Source: Candidatus Dormiibacterota bacterium
GTDB taxonomy: Bacteria > Chloroflexota > Dormibacteria > DASZGP01
Length of the DNA stretch: 64,000 bases
NCBI GenBank assembly: GCA_035938265.1
Contig: DASZHA010000058.1
Location: 288 to 64,287, forward strand
Direction: 5' to 3'
In this document: positions 9,125-17,965 of the stretch, piece after piece
Layout of the letters: each line of letters begins with the position of its first letter
How positions within the stretch are numbered: the stretch's first letter is position 1
Notes under the pieces: generated by a model
The model's database searches: none
What the model was told of the DNA's origin: nothing
Seen by the model: the letters and a program-made list of their open reading frames with translations, nothing else
Position numbers and translations under genes: made by a program

Positions 9125-11227
9125 TCAGCGGGCGCGCCTCCTCGCCAGGACGGCCACGCCCAGGCCAGGAACGGCGATCAGCATTGCCAGCGCCAGCCAC
9201 ATCCACGCGGGGGCATCTGCGGCCAGCCGCAGCCCGGCACTTGGAAGCCCGATGGAGGCGGCCAGGACGTCACCCACCGGGCTGCTGGCCCGGCAGGTTT
9301 GCACGACCACGTTACCCACGGTCGTACCCGCAGGCGCGGTCGCGGTGATCTTGGTCGAGCTGACGACGTTGGTGTCGGTTGCGGGGGTTCCGCCGAAGGT
9401 GACGATGGCGGGCCGGTCGAAGTTGGTCCCGGTAATCGTGACCTTGGTCCCGGCCGGACCCGTAGCGGGTGCGACCTGGGTGATCGTCGGCGCGGTGCCG
9501 ATGCACTCATAGGCCCCGATGTCGCACAGGCTGGCCTGCGGCCGGCTTGTGCCACGCTCGTCGGTGGCCGGCGGCGCGCACTGGTTGGGCACCGCGTCGA
9601 TCGCCGAGCTCTGGAACAGCAGCGCCTGGGTCTTGGTCGGGCCGAAGTTATCGGCCAGCGTGCCCAGCTTCGGGTCGGTGACGTTCTGCTGGTCGCTCAC
9701 CTGGGTGAACTTGCAGCTGCTGCCGGTGTCGAGGTTGGCGCTGTTGTCCGTCCCAGGTCCCTCGACCGGGGTGGTCGAGGTGTATTTGCAGTTCTGCGGG
9801 GTGTTGCGCGCCACCAGGGTGCGGCTGATGGAGACGTCGGAGTCGAATGTCTGGAATCCGGCACTACCGGCGGCGGCATGGTTGTCGGCCAGGGTCACGT
9901 GCCACAAGTTGACTTCAGACTTATCCGAATCGATGCCGCCGCCCTTCTTGTCGGCAGTGTTCCCACTGATGGTGAGATTGACGGCCGAGCTGTCAGCTGT
10001 GGCGAGCGCAGAGATTCGCGCCCCGCTGACATGCGTGCTTCGAGCCGCGAAGCTGATGGGCTGCGCAGTCGGGCCGAGCAGAGAAGCTTCCCCGAGCTCG
10101 ATGCCACCTCCGTTCACCGCCTGATTTCCGCTCACAGTATCCCTGGACATCGCAAGGGTCGCCGCCAAGGCCTCAATGCCCCCACCTGCCCCACCTGCTC
10201 CCCTCACCCCGGTTGTGGAGTTGTTCTGGATGCTGGACCGCTCAATCCTCAAGTAGGTGATTGTCTCTGTGCAGTCTTGTTCCACGATCGAGGGCGCGGC
10301 TGCCCTGGCAGCAGCCCTTTGAGCGTCGCTGAAATCGCAGGAGAGGAAGCTCCCGACGAAGATCCCGCCTCCGCCGAATCCGGCGGAGTTGTTGTCCCCG
10401 ATGGTGGACAGATCGATGCTGCCGAGGTCGCCGGTGAAGTCGTAGATGCCGCCTCCCAGCAGGGTCGCGTGGTTGCTACTGATCGTTGCCCCAACCAGGT
10501 CAAAGCTGCCGGGACCGGATTCGGTGCCCACGTTAAAGAGGCCGCCACCGTTGTTGGCGGTATTAGCAATCAGGTTCAAGCCGTCAAGGTCGAGGTCGCC
10601 GTAGTTGGCAATGCCGCCGCCGTTGGTGGAGGCCGCATTGCCCTGGGCCGTCAGCGCCCCGGTGCCGTTGAGCTCGTTTTTATTGAAGATGCCGCCACCC
10701 TGCTTGCCCGCGGAGTTGGAATCGTTCGCGCCGGGCCCGCCGACGGTGACAGGGCCGTCGATCTTGACCGTGCCGTTGTTCCAGATGCCACCACCGTCAA
10801 CCAGGGCGGTGTTGCCCTGGATCGTCACGTTGTTGAGGTGCACGGTGCCGGTCGAGCTGTTGTAGATCCCGCCACCGAAGTGCCCTGCGGTGTTGCGCAG
10901 GATCATGACGTTGCTGAGGTTGAGCGTCCCGGTGTTCCAGATGGCCCCCCCGTTGCCGTCGGAGCCGCTGCTGGTGACCTGGTTGTCGGCCAGTACCACG
11001 TTGGTCAGGGTGAGGGTGCCCGTGTTGTGGATGGCCCCGCCCTGGCTGGAGTTGGAGATGCCCGTGAAGCTGCAGCCAGACCGACTGATGTTCCCGCTAT
11101 TGACCAGCCTGGTTCCCACGCCACTACTGCCCAGGCAGGTGCCCGCGGCGCTGGCCGGCGTGGTCGCGAACAGTCCTGCAGCGGCCACGAGAAATAGTGC
11201 CGGCAGCGCCGACAGTCGCTTCTTCAT
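9125..11227 (-). CDS. Large secreted beta-helix protein: Pmp-type 'GGAI.N' repeats, choice-of-anchor-Q-like segment, IPT/TIG domain and C-terminal membrane/wall anchor
   Basis: Signal peptide 'MKKRLSALPALFLVAAAGLFATTPASA'. It has many 'GGAIWN/GGGIYN/GGGIFN' repeats. 'LGTLADNFGPTKTQALLFQSSAIDA...DERGTSRPQASLCDIGAYE' is choice-of-anchor-Q-like. 'PTITQVAPATGPAGTKVTITGTNF' is IPT/TIG-like. The tail is 'LPSAG', then a hydrophobic helix, then 'RRRAR'. Confidence 0.8.
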   Translation of the reverse strand: MKKRLSALPALFLVAAAGLFATTPASAAGTCLGSSGVGTRLVNSGNISRSGCSFTGISNSSQGGAIHNTGTLTLTNVVLADNQVTSSGSDGNGGAIWNTGTLNLSNVMILRNTAGHFGGGIYNSSTGTVHLNNVTIQGNTALVDGGGIWNNGTVKIDGPVTVGGPGANDSNSAGKQGGGIFNKNELNGTGALTAQGNAASTNGGGIANYGDLDLDGLNLIANTANNGGGLFNVGTESGPGSFDLVGATISSNHATLLGGGIYDFTGDLGSIDLSTIGDNNSAGFGGGGIFVGSFLSCDFSDAQRAAARAAAPSIVEQDCTETITYLRIERSSIQNNSTTGVRGAGGAGGGIEALAATLAMSRDTVSGNQAVNGGGIELGEASLLGPTAQPISFAARSTHVSGARISALATADSSAVNLTISGNTADKKGGGIDSDKSEVNLWHVTLADNHAAAGSAGFQTFDSDVSISRTLVARNTPQNCKYTSTTPVEGPGTDNSANLDTGSSCKFTQVSDQQNVTDPKLGTLADNFGPTKTQALLFQSSAIDAVPNQCAPPATDERGTSRPQASLCDIGAYECIGTAPTITQVAPATGPAGTKVTITGTNFDRPAIVTFGGTPATDTNVVSSTKITATAPAGTTVGNVVVQTCRASSPVGDVLAASIGLPSAGLRLAADAPAWMWLALAMLIAVPGLGVAVLARRRAR

Positions 11228-11421
11228 GCTTACTCCCTCTCCCTACCGGACCTCGAGATGGCCGCGGTGATCACGGGATCGTACGCCCCGCGGCGAGGCG
11301 CAGTCAATGCATCTTTACACTCCCAAACACCCGCCCCGACGGGGTTGTCTCAGCGCTCGAATGGGGCCACCTGCCCGAATGGGGAATGGCACTTAACGGC
11401 CCGGGCGTTAGGGTTATCAAG

Positions 11422-13377
11422 ATGGCACGTCGAGTAGCGCACGGCATGGATCGAGCCGGCAGGTTCGAGCTCCGGGAAGGCGAGGAGCCGCTGCGCCCGG
11501 CCAACGTCAAGCGCGTCCTTTCGCTTTTCAGCAACCACAAGAAGCAAGTGATCGGCGCCACGGTGCTGGTCCTGGTCACCGCGCTGCTGGGCGTGGTCAA
11601 CCCGCTGATGCAGGTGCGCATCTTCGACGACGTCTTCGCCGCCGCCCTGGCCGGCCGCCACGTCATCGGTCCGTTCGGCCTCAGCGGTCTGCAGCTGCTG
11701 GGCCTCTACGTCGGCATCATGATCGCCGTCCCCATCGTCTCCAGCCTCATCGGGATCGGGCAGACCTACATCACCACGGTGATCGGCCAGGACGTGATCC
11801 GCGAGCTGCGCAACCGCCTCTACCGACACCTCCAGGCAATGTCCTTGAAGTTCTTCACCGACACGCGCACCGGCGAGATCCAGGCCCGGCTGTCCAGCGA
11901 TGTCGGCGGCGTCCAGACGGTGGTCACCGACACCTTCACCAGCATCGTCAGCAACTTCGCCATCCTGCTGACCACGGTCGTCGCGATGTGGCTGCTGTCG
12001 CCGGCGCTGACGATCCTTTCCCTGGGCCTGGTGCCGGTGTTCATCCTCCTCACCCTCCGGGTGGGCAACGTCCGGCGCGACATCAGCTCCCAGACCCAGA
12101 AGACGATCGCCGACATGAGCGCGCTGGTGGAGGAGACGCTCTCGGTCAGCGGCGTGCTGCTGACCAAGACCTTCGGTCGCCAGAAGACGTCGACGGCGCG
12201 CTTCGAGGGGGAGAACAGCCGCCTCTCCCGGCTCTTCATCAGGCAGCAGATGGTCGGGCGCGGCTTCATGGCCCTGATTGGCACGTTCTTCTCGATCTCG
12301 CCAGCGCTGATCTACCTGCTGGCGGGGTACCTGCTGTTCGGCAACAACGGCGGCCCTCTGAACTTCCCCCTGATCGGCGCCATCTCGGTGGGCACGCTGG
12401 TCGGCTTCACCACCCTGCAGAGCCGCCTCTTCTTCCCCATTGGACAGCTGCTCCAGGTCCAGGTCGAGGTGATGGGAGCCTTCGCCCTCTTCGACCGGGT
12501 CTTCGAGTACCTCGACATGCCGCATGACATCGTCGACAAGCCGGATGCGGTGCAGCTCACGGCGGAGCAGGTCGACGGCGCGGTTGAGTTCCGCGACGTG
12601 GACTTCAGCTACCTCGGCAAGGATGGCCAGCTGGCCCTCAGCAACGTGAGCTTCGAGGTCAAGCCGGGCGGGCTGGTGGCGCTGGTGGGGCCGAGTGGCG
12701 CGGGCAAGACGACGACCACCTACCTCATCCCCCGCCTCTACGACGCCGACAGCGGCGCCGTCCTGATCGACGGTCACGACGTGCGCGACGTCAGCCTCGA
12801 GTCGCTGGGAGAGCTGATCGGCGTTGTCACCCAGGAGACCTACCTGTTCCACGCCACCGTCCGCGAGAACCTCGAGTTCGCGCGGCCCGACGCCACCGAC
12901 GAGGAGCTCTGGGAGTCGCTCGATGCGGCGGCCATCGGTGACCGCATCCGCGAGCTGCCCGCCGGGCTCGACACCGTGGTGGGGGAGCGCGGCTACCGGC
13001 TGTCCGGCGGCGAGAAGCAGCGCATCGCCATCGCCCGCGTGTTCCTCAAGAACCCGCGCATCCTGATCCTCGATGAGGCGACCTCAGCGCTCGACACGAG
13101 GTCCGAGCGCCTTATCCAGAACGCCTTCGCCCGCCTGATGCAGGGGCGGACGACGGTGGCGATCGCCCACCGGCTGTCGACGATCCTGAAGGCCGACCAG
13201 ATCCTGGTCTACGACAAGGGCCACGTCGTCGAGCGCGGCACCCACTCCGAGCTGGTCAACCGCGGCGGCCTGTACAGCCGGCTGTACCTGGAGCAATTCG
13301 CCGCCGACACCGAGTCGATGCGGGTCGCGGACGAGGCGGCGCCTGAGCTCTCCGCAGTGTCGGCCAGCGAGGACTGA
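11422..13377 (+). CDS. ABC exporter, fused transmembrane and ATP-binding domains (MsbA/MDR-type)
   Basis: Six-TM N-terminal half, Walker A 'GPSGAGKTTT', signature 'LSGGEKQRIAIARV', Walker B 'ILILDEATSALD'. The start is uncertain, with ATGs at 11386 and 11422. The ORF-track start at 11197 overlaps the divergent gene and is rejected. Confidence 0.9.
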   Translation: MARRVAHGMDRAGRFELREGEEPLRPANVKRVLSLFSNHKKQVIGATVLVLVTALLGVVNPLMQVRIFDDVFAAALAGRHVIGPFGLSGLQLLGLYVGIMIAVPIVSSLIGIGQTYITTVIGQDVIRELRNRLYRHLQAMSLKFFTDTRTGEIQARLSSDVGGVQTVVTDTFTSIVSNFAILLTTVVAMWLLSPALTILSLGLVPVFILLTLRVGNVRRDISSQTQKTIADMSALVEETLSVSGVLLTKTFGRQKTSTARFEGENSRLSRLFIRQQMVGRGFMALIGTFFSISPALIYLLAGYLLFGNNGGPLNFPLIGAISVGTLVGFTTLQSRLFFPIGQLLQVQVEVMGAFALFDRVFEYLDMPHDIVDKPDAVQLTAEQVDGAVEFRDVDFSYLGKDGQLALSNVSFEVKPGGLVALVGPSGAGKTTTTYLIPRLYDADSGAVLIDGHDVRDVSLESLGELIGVVTQETYLFHATVRENLEFARPDATDEELWESLDAAAIGDRIRELPAGLDTVVGERGYRLSGGEKQRIAIARVFLKNPRILILDEATSALDTRSERLIQNAFARLMQGRTTVAIAHRLSTILKADQILVYDKGHVVERGTHSELVNRGGLYSRLYLEQFAADTESMRVADEAAPELSAVSASED

Positions 13378-13383
13378 CCCGGC

Positions 13384-14094
13384 CTACTCCTCGGGGACCA
13401 GCGCGCCGAGGGGGCGGAGCCCGGGGATCGGGTCGTTGGCCACCAGCTCCTCCAGGGTTCGCGGAGTGATGCGCTCGGCGGTGACGTGGGCGGCCTTGAT
13501 GCGGTCGAGGCGAAACGCCCGCCCGTCCTGGCGCAGCCGGCAGAAGCCGAGCATGTACCAGCCAAGGTGGCCACCGATGAGGGCGGCGGGCTCCACCGTC
13601 CGGCTGGTGGCCTGGTCGTTGCGATCTAGATAGTCGATCTCGATGGCGCGGTTGTCGCGGATCGCCTCCTCGACCTGGGCCGTCGCCTCCGGCGCGATGG
13701 GCTCGTCGGTGGTGAGCGCCATCCGCGCCGTCAGGCGGCCGGCGGCCGCAACCTGTCCCGGCGGCATCACCGCGATCAGCTTCTGCAAGGCGCTGCGGCC
13801 GGCGCCGGCGAAGGGCATGCCCCCAGCTGCCGCCAGGGCCACGGCGATGGCGGTGGCCTCGTCCGGCGTCAGGTTCAGCGGGGGCATCGTGCTCGACGGG
13901 TCGAGGCCGTAGCCGCCGCCGGGGCCGGGCTGGGCCCATATCGGCACGCCGGTCTGCTGAAGGGCGGCGAGGTCGCGCTCGACGGTGCGGGTGGTGACCT
14001 CGAAGCGCCGCGCCAGCTCTACCGCCCGCAGGGGGCGGGGAGCGCGGGCACGCAGGGCTTCGACGATGGCGTAGAGGCGGTCGGTCCGGTTCAC
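13384..14094 (-). CDS. YafY-family transcriptional regulator (HTH + WYL domain)
   Basis: The N-terminal '[40 protein letters not shown]' is a DeoR-like HTH. The central region 'IEIDYLDRNDQATSRTVEPAALIGGHLGWYMLGFCRLRQDGRAFRLDRI' is a WYL domain. Confidence 0.85.
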   Translation of the reverse strand: MNRTDRLYAIVEALRARAPRPLRAVELARRFEVTTRTVERDLAALQQTGVPIWAQPGPGGGYGLDPSSTMPPLNLTPDEATAIAVALAAAGGMPFAGAGRSALQKLIAVMPPGQVAAAGRLTARMALTTDEPIAPEATAQVEEAIRDNRAIEIDYLDRNDQATSRTVEPAALIGGHLGWYMLGFCRLRQDGRAFRLDRIKAAHVTAERITPRTLEELVANDPIPGLRPLGALVPEE

Positions 14095-14134
14095 GCCACC
14101 GACCGCCCCCGGCCTGGGTGAGGCTCGCCTGTCG

Positions 14135-14548
14135 TCAGGCGGTGGCTTCTTGGGCTGCCCTGGCCGCCGTGGCCTGGGGGATGGGGGAGGCCAGCGTCAG
14201 CAGGTTGCCACTGGGGTCGCGGACGACGAACTCCCGCATGCCGTAGGGCTGGTCGCGGAGGTCGATTGCGACCTTGGTCTTGCCTTCGACCTGGCGGCGC
14301 AGGGAATCGACGTCCTCGGTCTCGATGTAGAGCACGGTGCTGCCGCCCGCGGGCGCGTTGGCCAGCGAAGGGAAGTCCTTGGCCATGGCCTCGCGGCCTT
14401 CGAGCATGACCTCGACGGCGCCGCTCTCCAACTGGGCAAAGCCTTCGACCGCCATCACCATCTTGACCTCGAAGCCGAGGACGTCGCGGTAGAACGCGAT
14501 CGCCGGCTCGAGCTCCTCGACCAACAGCACCGGTGAGAGCTTCTTCAT
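14135..14548 (-). CDS. VOC family protein (glyoxalase/bleomycin-resistance fold)
   Basis: 'LLVEELEPAIAFYRDVLGFEV' and 'REFVVRDPSGNLLTL' are typical VOC beta-alpha-beta-beta-beta motifs. I chose the ATG at 14548 (MKKLSP...) over the upstream ORF start. Confidence 0.8.
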   Translation of the reverse strand: MKKLSPVLLVEELEPAIAFYRDVLGFEVKMVMAVEGFAQLESGAVEVMLEGREAMAKDFPSLANAPAGGSTVLYIETEDVDSLRRQVEGKTKVAIDLRDQPYGMREFVVRDPSGNLLTLASPIPQATAARAAQEATA

Positions 14549-14791
14549 GTTGGGGACCCTCCGTAGCTTGGACCGCCGCGGCGGTCGATTCGTATTCAGG
14601 AGGGTCAAGCTTCCAACCCCATGGCGACAGCATTATGTCGGGAATTATCAGGCCAAATTTGAACGCCGTTGCCGGCCTGGCGAGGCCGCCGACTCTGGGA
14701 CCGTGCCATGACATGACGACGGCGTCAGGTTTAGACTCTTGGGCCGCTCGGCCCACCCCCGGGCCACGGCGGGGGGCCGAGGGAAAATACA

Positions 14792-15601
14792 ATGTCAGGC
14801 GATTTGGAACTCGTTCGCTACGACTTCGAGGGCCCGGTAGCTACGATCACCATCGACCATCCCCCGGCGAATGCGCTCTCCAACCAGGTGCTCGCGGAGA
14901 TCGACTCGGCGCTGGGCCGGGCCGAGGACGACGACAACGTCCGGGTCGTCATCTTCACCGGCGCCGGCGACCGCTTCTTCATTGCCGGGGCCGACATCAA
15001 GGAGTTCCTCTCCACCCCCGACGACAAGGTCGGGGACCGCACCCAGCGGGGACAGGCGGTGACCCTGAGGATGGAGCGGATGCCCAAGATCGTGATCATG
15101 GCTATCAACGGCTTCTGCCTTGGCGGCGGCTGCGAGATGGCGATGGCCGCGGACATCCGGCTGGCGGCCGACACCGCCCAGTTCGGCCAGCCTGAGGTCA
15201 AGCTGGGCATCATCCCCGGTTTCGGCGGCACCCAGCGGTTCCCCCGTCTGGTCGGCAGGTCGCGGGCCATGGAGCTGCTCTTCAGCGGTGAGAGCATCGA
15301 TGCCCAAACCGCCCTGGAGATCGGGCTGCTGACGAGGGTGGTCCCAGCGGCCGAGCTGATGCCGGCGGCGCGGACCCTGGCGGAGAAGCTGGCGACGGCG
15401 GCGCCCCTGGCGGTCGCGGCCATCAAGCGCGCCGTGCTGGCGGGCGCACACCTGCCCATCGCCGATGCCCTCGAGGCGGAGCGAAAGGAGTTCATAGCCG
15501 TCCGCCGCACCGCCGACGCGGTCGAGGGCATCACCGCGTTCATCGAGAAGCGGGCGCCGGAGTTCAAGGGCGCGGCCGCGGACCAGGCGGCCAAAAAATG
15601 A
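14792..15601 (+). CDS. Enoyl-CoA hydratase/isomerase (crotonase family)
   Basis: 'VVIFTGAGDRFFIAGADIKE', 'INGFCLGGGCEMAMAADIRLA' and 'GQPEVKLGIIPGFGGTQR' are crotonase oxyanion-hole and catalytic-Glu motifs. Confidence 0.9.
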   Translation: MSGDLELVRYDFEGPVATITIDHPPANALSNQVLAEIDSALGRAEDDDNVRVVIFTGAGDRFFIAGADIKEFLSTPDDKVGDRTQRGQAVTLRMERMPKIVIMAINGFCLGGGCEMAMAADIRLAADTAQFGQPEVKLGIIPGFGGTQRFPRLVGRSRAMELLFSGESIDAQTALEIGLLTRVVPAAELMPAARTLAEKLATAAPLAVAAIKRAVLAGAHLPIADALEAERKEFIAVRRTADAVEGITAFIEKRAPEFKGAAADQAAKK

Positions 15602-17922
15602 CCGGGGTCACGATGGCGACCGGCAGCCCGGACGTCAACCAGTTCTTCTTCAGCTCCATCGCCGGCTCGCTGATCGTCGCGGCGCTGGCCTTCTTCCTCT
15701 TCAAGATCACGCAGTTCGTCACGGTGCTGCGCATCGGTAGCTCTGACCAGCGTTTCGACCGGATCCCCGAGCGCGTGATGGCGGTGGTCACCGGGGTCGG
15801 TGCCCACGACCGGATGGTGCGCCGCAAGTACTCGGGAGTCCTGCACCTCTTCGTGTTCTACGGCTTTGTGCTACTGGGGACGTCGATCTTCCAGGTCTTC
15901 GCCGAGGCCACCCTACCCGGGTTCAAGCCCGATCCGCCGCTGGTCAACAGCCTCATCGCCTTGATCCAGGACCTCTTCGCCGTCCTGGTCCTCATCGGCG
16001 TGGGCATGGCGCTCTACAACCGGCTCTTCATCCACCCGCTCCGCTACAAGGGCAGCCACGAGGACGACGGCTTCCGCATCCTCATCGGCATCGCGCTGGT
16101 GATGCTGACGCAGCTGTCGGTCACCGGCAGCCGCCTCAACCTCAATGCCAACTCGGCCTACGGCTTCGACCCCTCCACCAACTGGCGGCCGGTGTCGCAG
16201 GTGGTGTCGGCGATCTTCAGCGCCGTCGGCGTCAACGCCCAGAGCGCCGACTTCGTCCACCACGCCGCGCTGCTGGCCAACATCGTCGTGGTGCTGGCGT
16301 TCCTCGCCTACCTGCCGACCTCCAAGCACCAGCACATCTACCTGGCCATCGAGAACATCTTCCTGCGCAACCTCAACCCCATCGGGGCGCTGCCCAAGCT
16401 CGACATCGAGAACGCCGAGCACTATGGCGCCAGCCGCATCGAGCACTTCAGCTGGAAGCACCTGCTCGACACCTACACCTGCACCGAGTGCGGCCGGTGC
16501 CAGGACCAGTGCCCCGCCTACCTGACCGACAAGCCGCTCTCGCCAAAGATGCTGATCATGGACCTGCGCGACCACCTCCACGATCACGCGCCCGACCTGA
16601 TCCGACTGTCGGGGCTGCCGGAGAAGGAGAAGGCCGAGGTCGCCGCCCAGGTCGACGCCGAGCACCCTGAGCACAAGCCACTGATCGGCGGCACCATCCT
16701 CGAGGAGACGCTGTGGTCCTGCACGATGTGCGGCGCCTGCATGAGCGAGTGCCCGGTCCTGATCGAGCACGTGCCCAAGATCGCCGACATGCGCCGGTCA
16801 CTGGTGCTGGAGGAGTCGAAGATGCCCAAGCAGGCCGAGGGGGCGCTGCGCAGCATCGAGACCTCGGGCAACCCGTACCAGCTCTCCAACCAGAACCGGG
16901 CCGACTGGGCCGCGGACCTGGGCGTCCAGACCTACGCCGAGCACCCCGACGCCGAGTACCTGTACTTCGTCGGCTGCGCCGCCAGCTTCGACGAGGCCAA
17001 CCAGAAGGTGGCCACCTCGATCGTCAAGATCCTGCAGGCGGCGGACATCGATTTCGCCATCCTGGGCAAGGAGGAGACATGCAACGGCGACCCGGCCCGT
17101 CGCATCGGCAACGAGTACCTCTTCCAGATGCAGGCCGAGGCCAACATCACCACCTTCAAGAACTACAAGGTCAAGAAGGTGCTGACCGGGTGCCCCCACT
17201 GCTTCAACACCCTCAAGAACGAATACCCCCAGTTTGGCTTCGACGCCGAGGTCATCCACCACACCGAGTTCATCCAGACGCTGATCGACGATGGCCGGCT
17301 CAAGCTCGACCCCCTTGCCGAGTCGGTCCTGCGGGGCAAGACCGTGACCTACCACGACCCCTGCTACCTTGGCCGGTGGAACGGCGTCTACGAACCTGGC
17401 CGCCGGGTGCTGGAGCACATCCAGGGGCTGGAGCAGATCGAGATGCACCGGCACGGCCGGCAGGCCTTCTGCTGCGGCGCCGGTGGCGGCCGGATGTGGA
17501 TGGAGGAGACGCTGGGCAAGCGCATCAACCGCGAGCGGATGCAGCACGCCGCCGAGGTCGATGCCGACCTGGTGGCCACGGCCTGCCCCTTTTGCCTGAC
17601 CATGATGATGGAGGGCGCCACCAGCCAGAACCTGCCCATCGACGTCGCCGACGTGGCCCAGATGGTGGCCACCCAGCTGCCGGACGACAAGCGGGTGCCG
17701 CTGCAGTTCGGCAAGCACGACGACGTGGCGCCGATGCTGGAAGTGTTCCCGCCCAAGCGGACGGTGCCCAACGCCAACGATGTTCACCCCTTTGACCCGG
17801 TGCCCCGACCGGCGCTACTGCACGAGCTCAAGGTCGGGCCCGAGGACCTGGTGCCAATCGCCATGCCCCACATCCCAGACCCGGCCGACGTGAACGGCGG
17901 CGAGGCCCCGACCGGGCATTAG
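15598..17922 (+). CDS. Membrane-bound Fe-S oxidoreductase: polytopic N-terminal domain, two 4Fe-4S motifs and two CCG (heterodisulfide-reductase-like) domains; EtfD-like
   Basis: The first roughly 270 aa contain several TM helices. Fe-S motifs are 'CTECGRCQDQCP' and 'CTMCGACMSECP'. Cys-rich CCG-type motifs are 'FVGCAASF', 'CPHCFNTL', 'DPCYLGR', 'FCCGAGGG' and 'CPFCLTMM'. ATGA overlap with the crotonase gene. Confidence 0.8.
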   Translation: MTGVTMATGSPDVNQFFFSSIAGSLIVAALAFFLFKITQFVTVLRIGSSDQRFDRIPERVMAVVTGVGAHDRMVRRKYSGVLHLFVFYGFVLLGTSIFQVFAEATLPGFKPDPPLVNSLIALIQDLFAVLVLIGVGMALYNRLFIHPLRYKGSHEDDGFRILIGIALVMLTQLSVTGSRLNLNANSAYGFDPSTNWRPVSQVVSAIFSAVGVNAQSADFVHHAALLANIVVVLAFLAYLPTSKHQHIYLAIENIFLRNLNPIGALPKLDIENAEHYGASRIEHFSWKHLLDTYTCTECGRCQDQCPAYLTDKPLSPKMLIMDLRDHLHDHAPDLIRLSGLPEKEKAEVAAQVDAEHPEHKPLIGGTILEETLWSCTMCGACMSECPVLIEHVPKIADMRRSLVLEESKMPKQAEGALRSIETSGNPYQLSNQNRADWAADLGVQTYAEHPDAEYLYFVGCAASFDEANQKVATSIVKILQAADIDFAILGKEETCNGDPARRIGNEYLFQMQAEANITTFKNYKVKKVLTGCPHCFNTLKNEYPQFGFDAEVIHHTEFIQTLIDDGRLKLDPLAESVLRGKTVTYHDPCYLGRWNGVYEPGRRVLEHIQGLEQIEMHRHGRQAFCCGAGGGRMWMEETLGKRINRERMQHAAEVDADLVATACPFCLTMMMEGATSQNLPIDVADVAQMVATQLPDDKRVPLQFGKHDDVAPMLEVFPPKRTVPNANDVHPFDPVPRPALLHELKVGPEDLVPIAMPHIPDPADVNGGEAPTGH

Positions 17923-17965
17923 TCCTATTTTCGTTACACCCGCGCTGGGGTAAGCTCCCGGACAA

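Noticed and set aside
13384-14094. A WYL-domain regulator, considered as a marker of a defence island
   Set aside because: Its neighbours are a VOC/glyoxalase-fold protein, an ABC exporter and beta-oxidation genes. The YafY/WYL plus VOC pairing is a common housekeeping arrangement.
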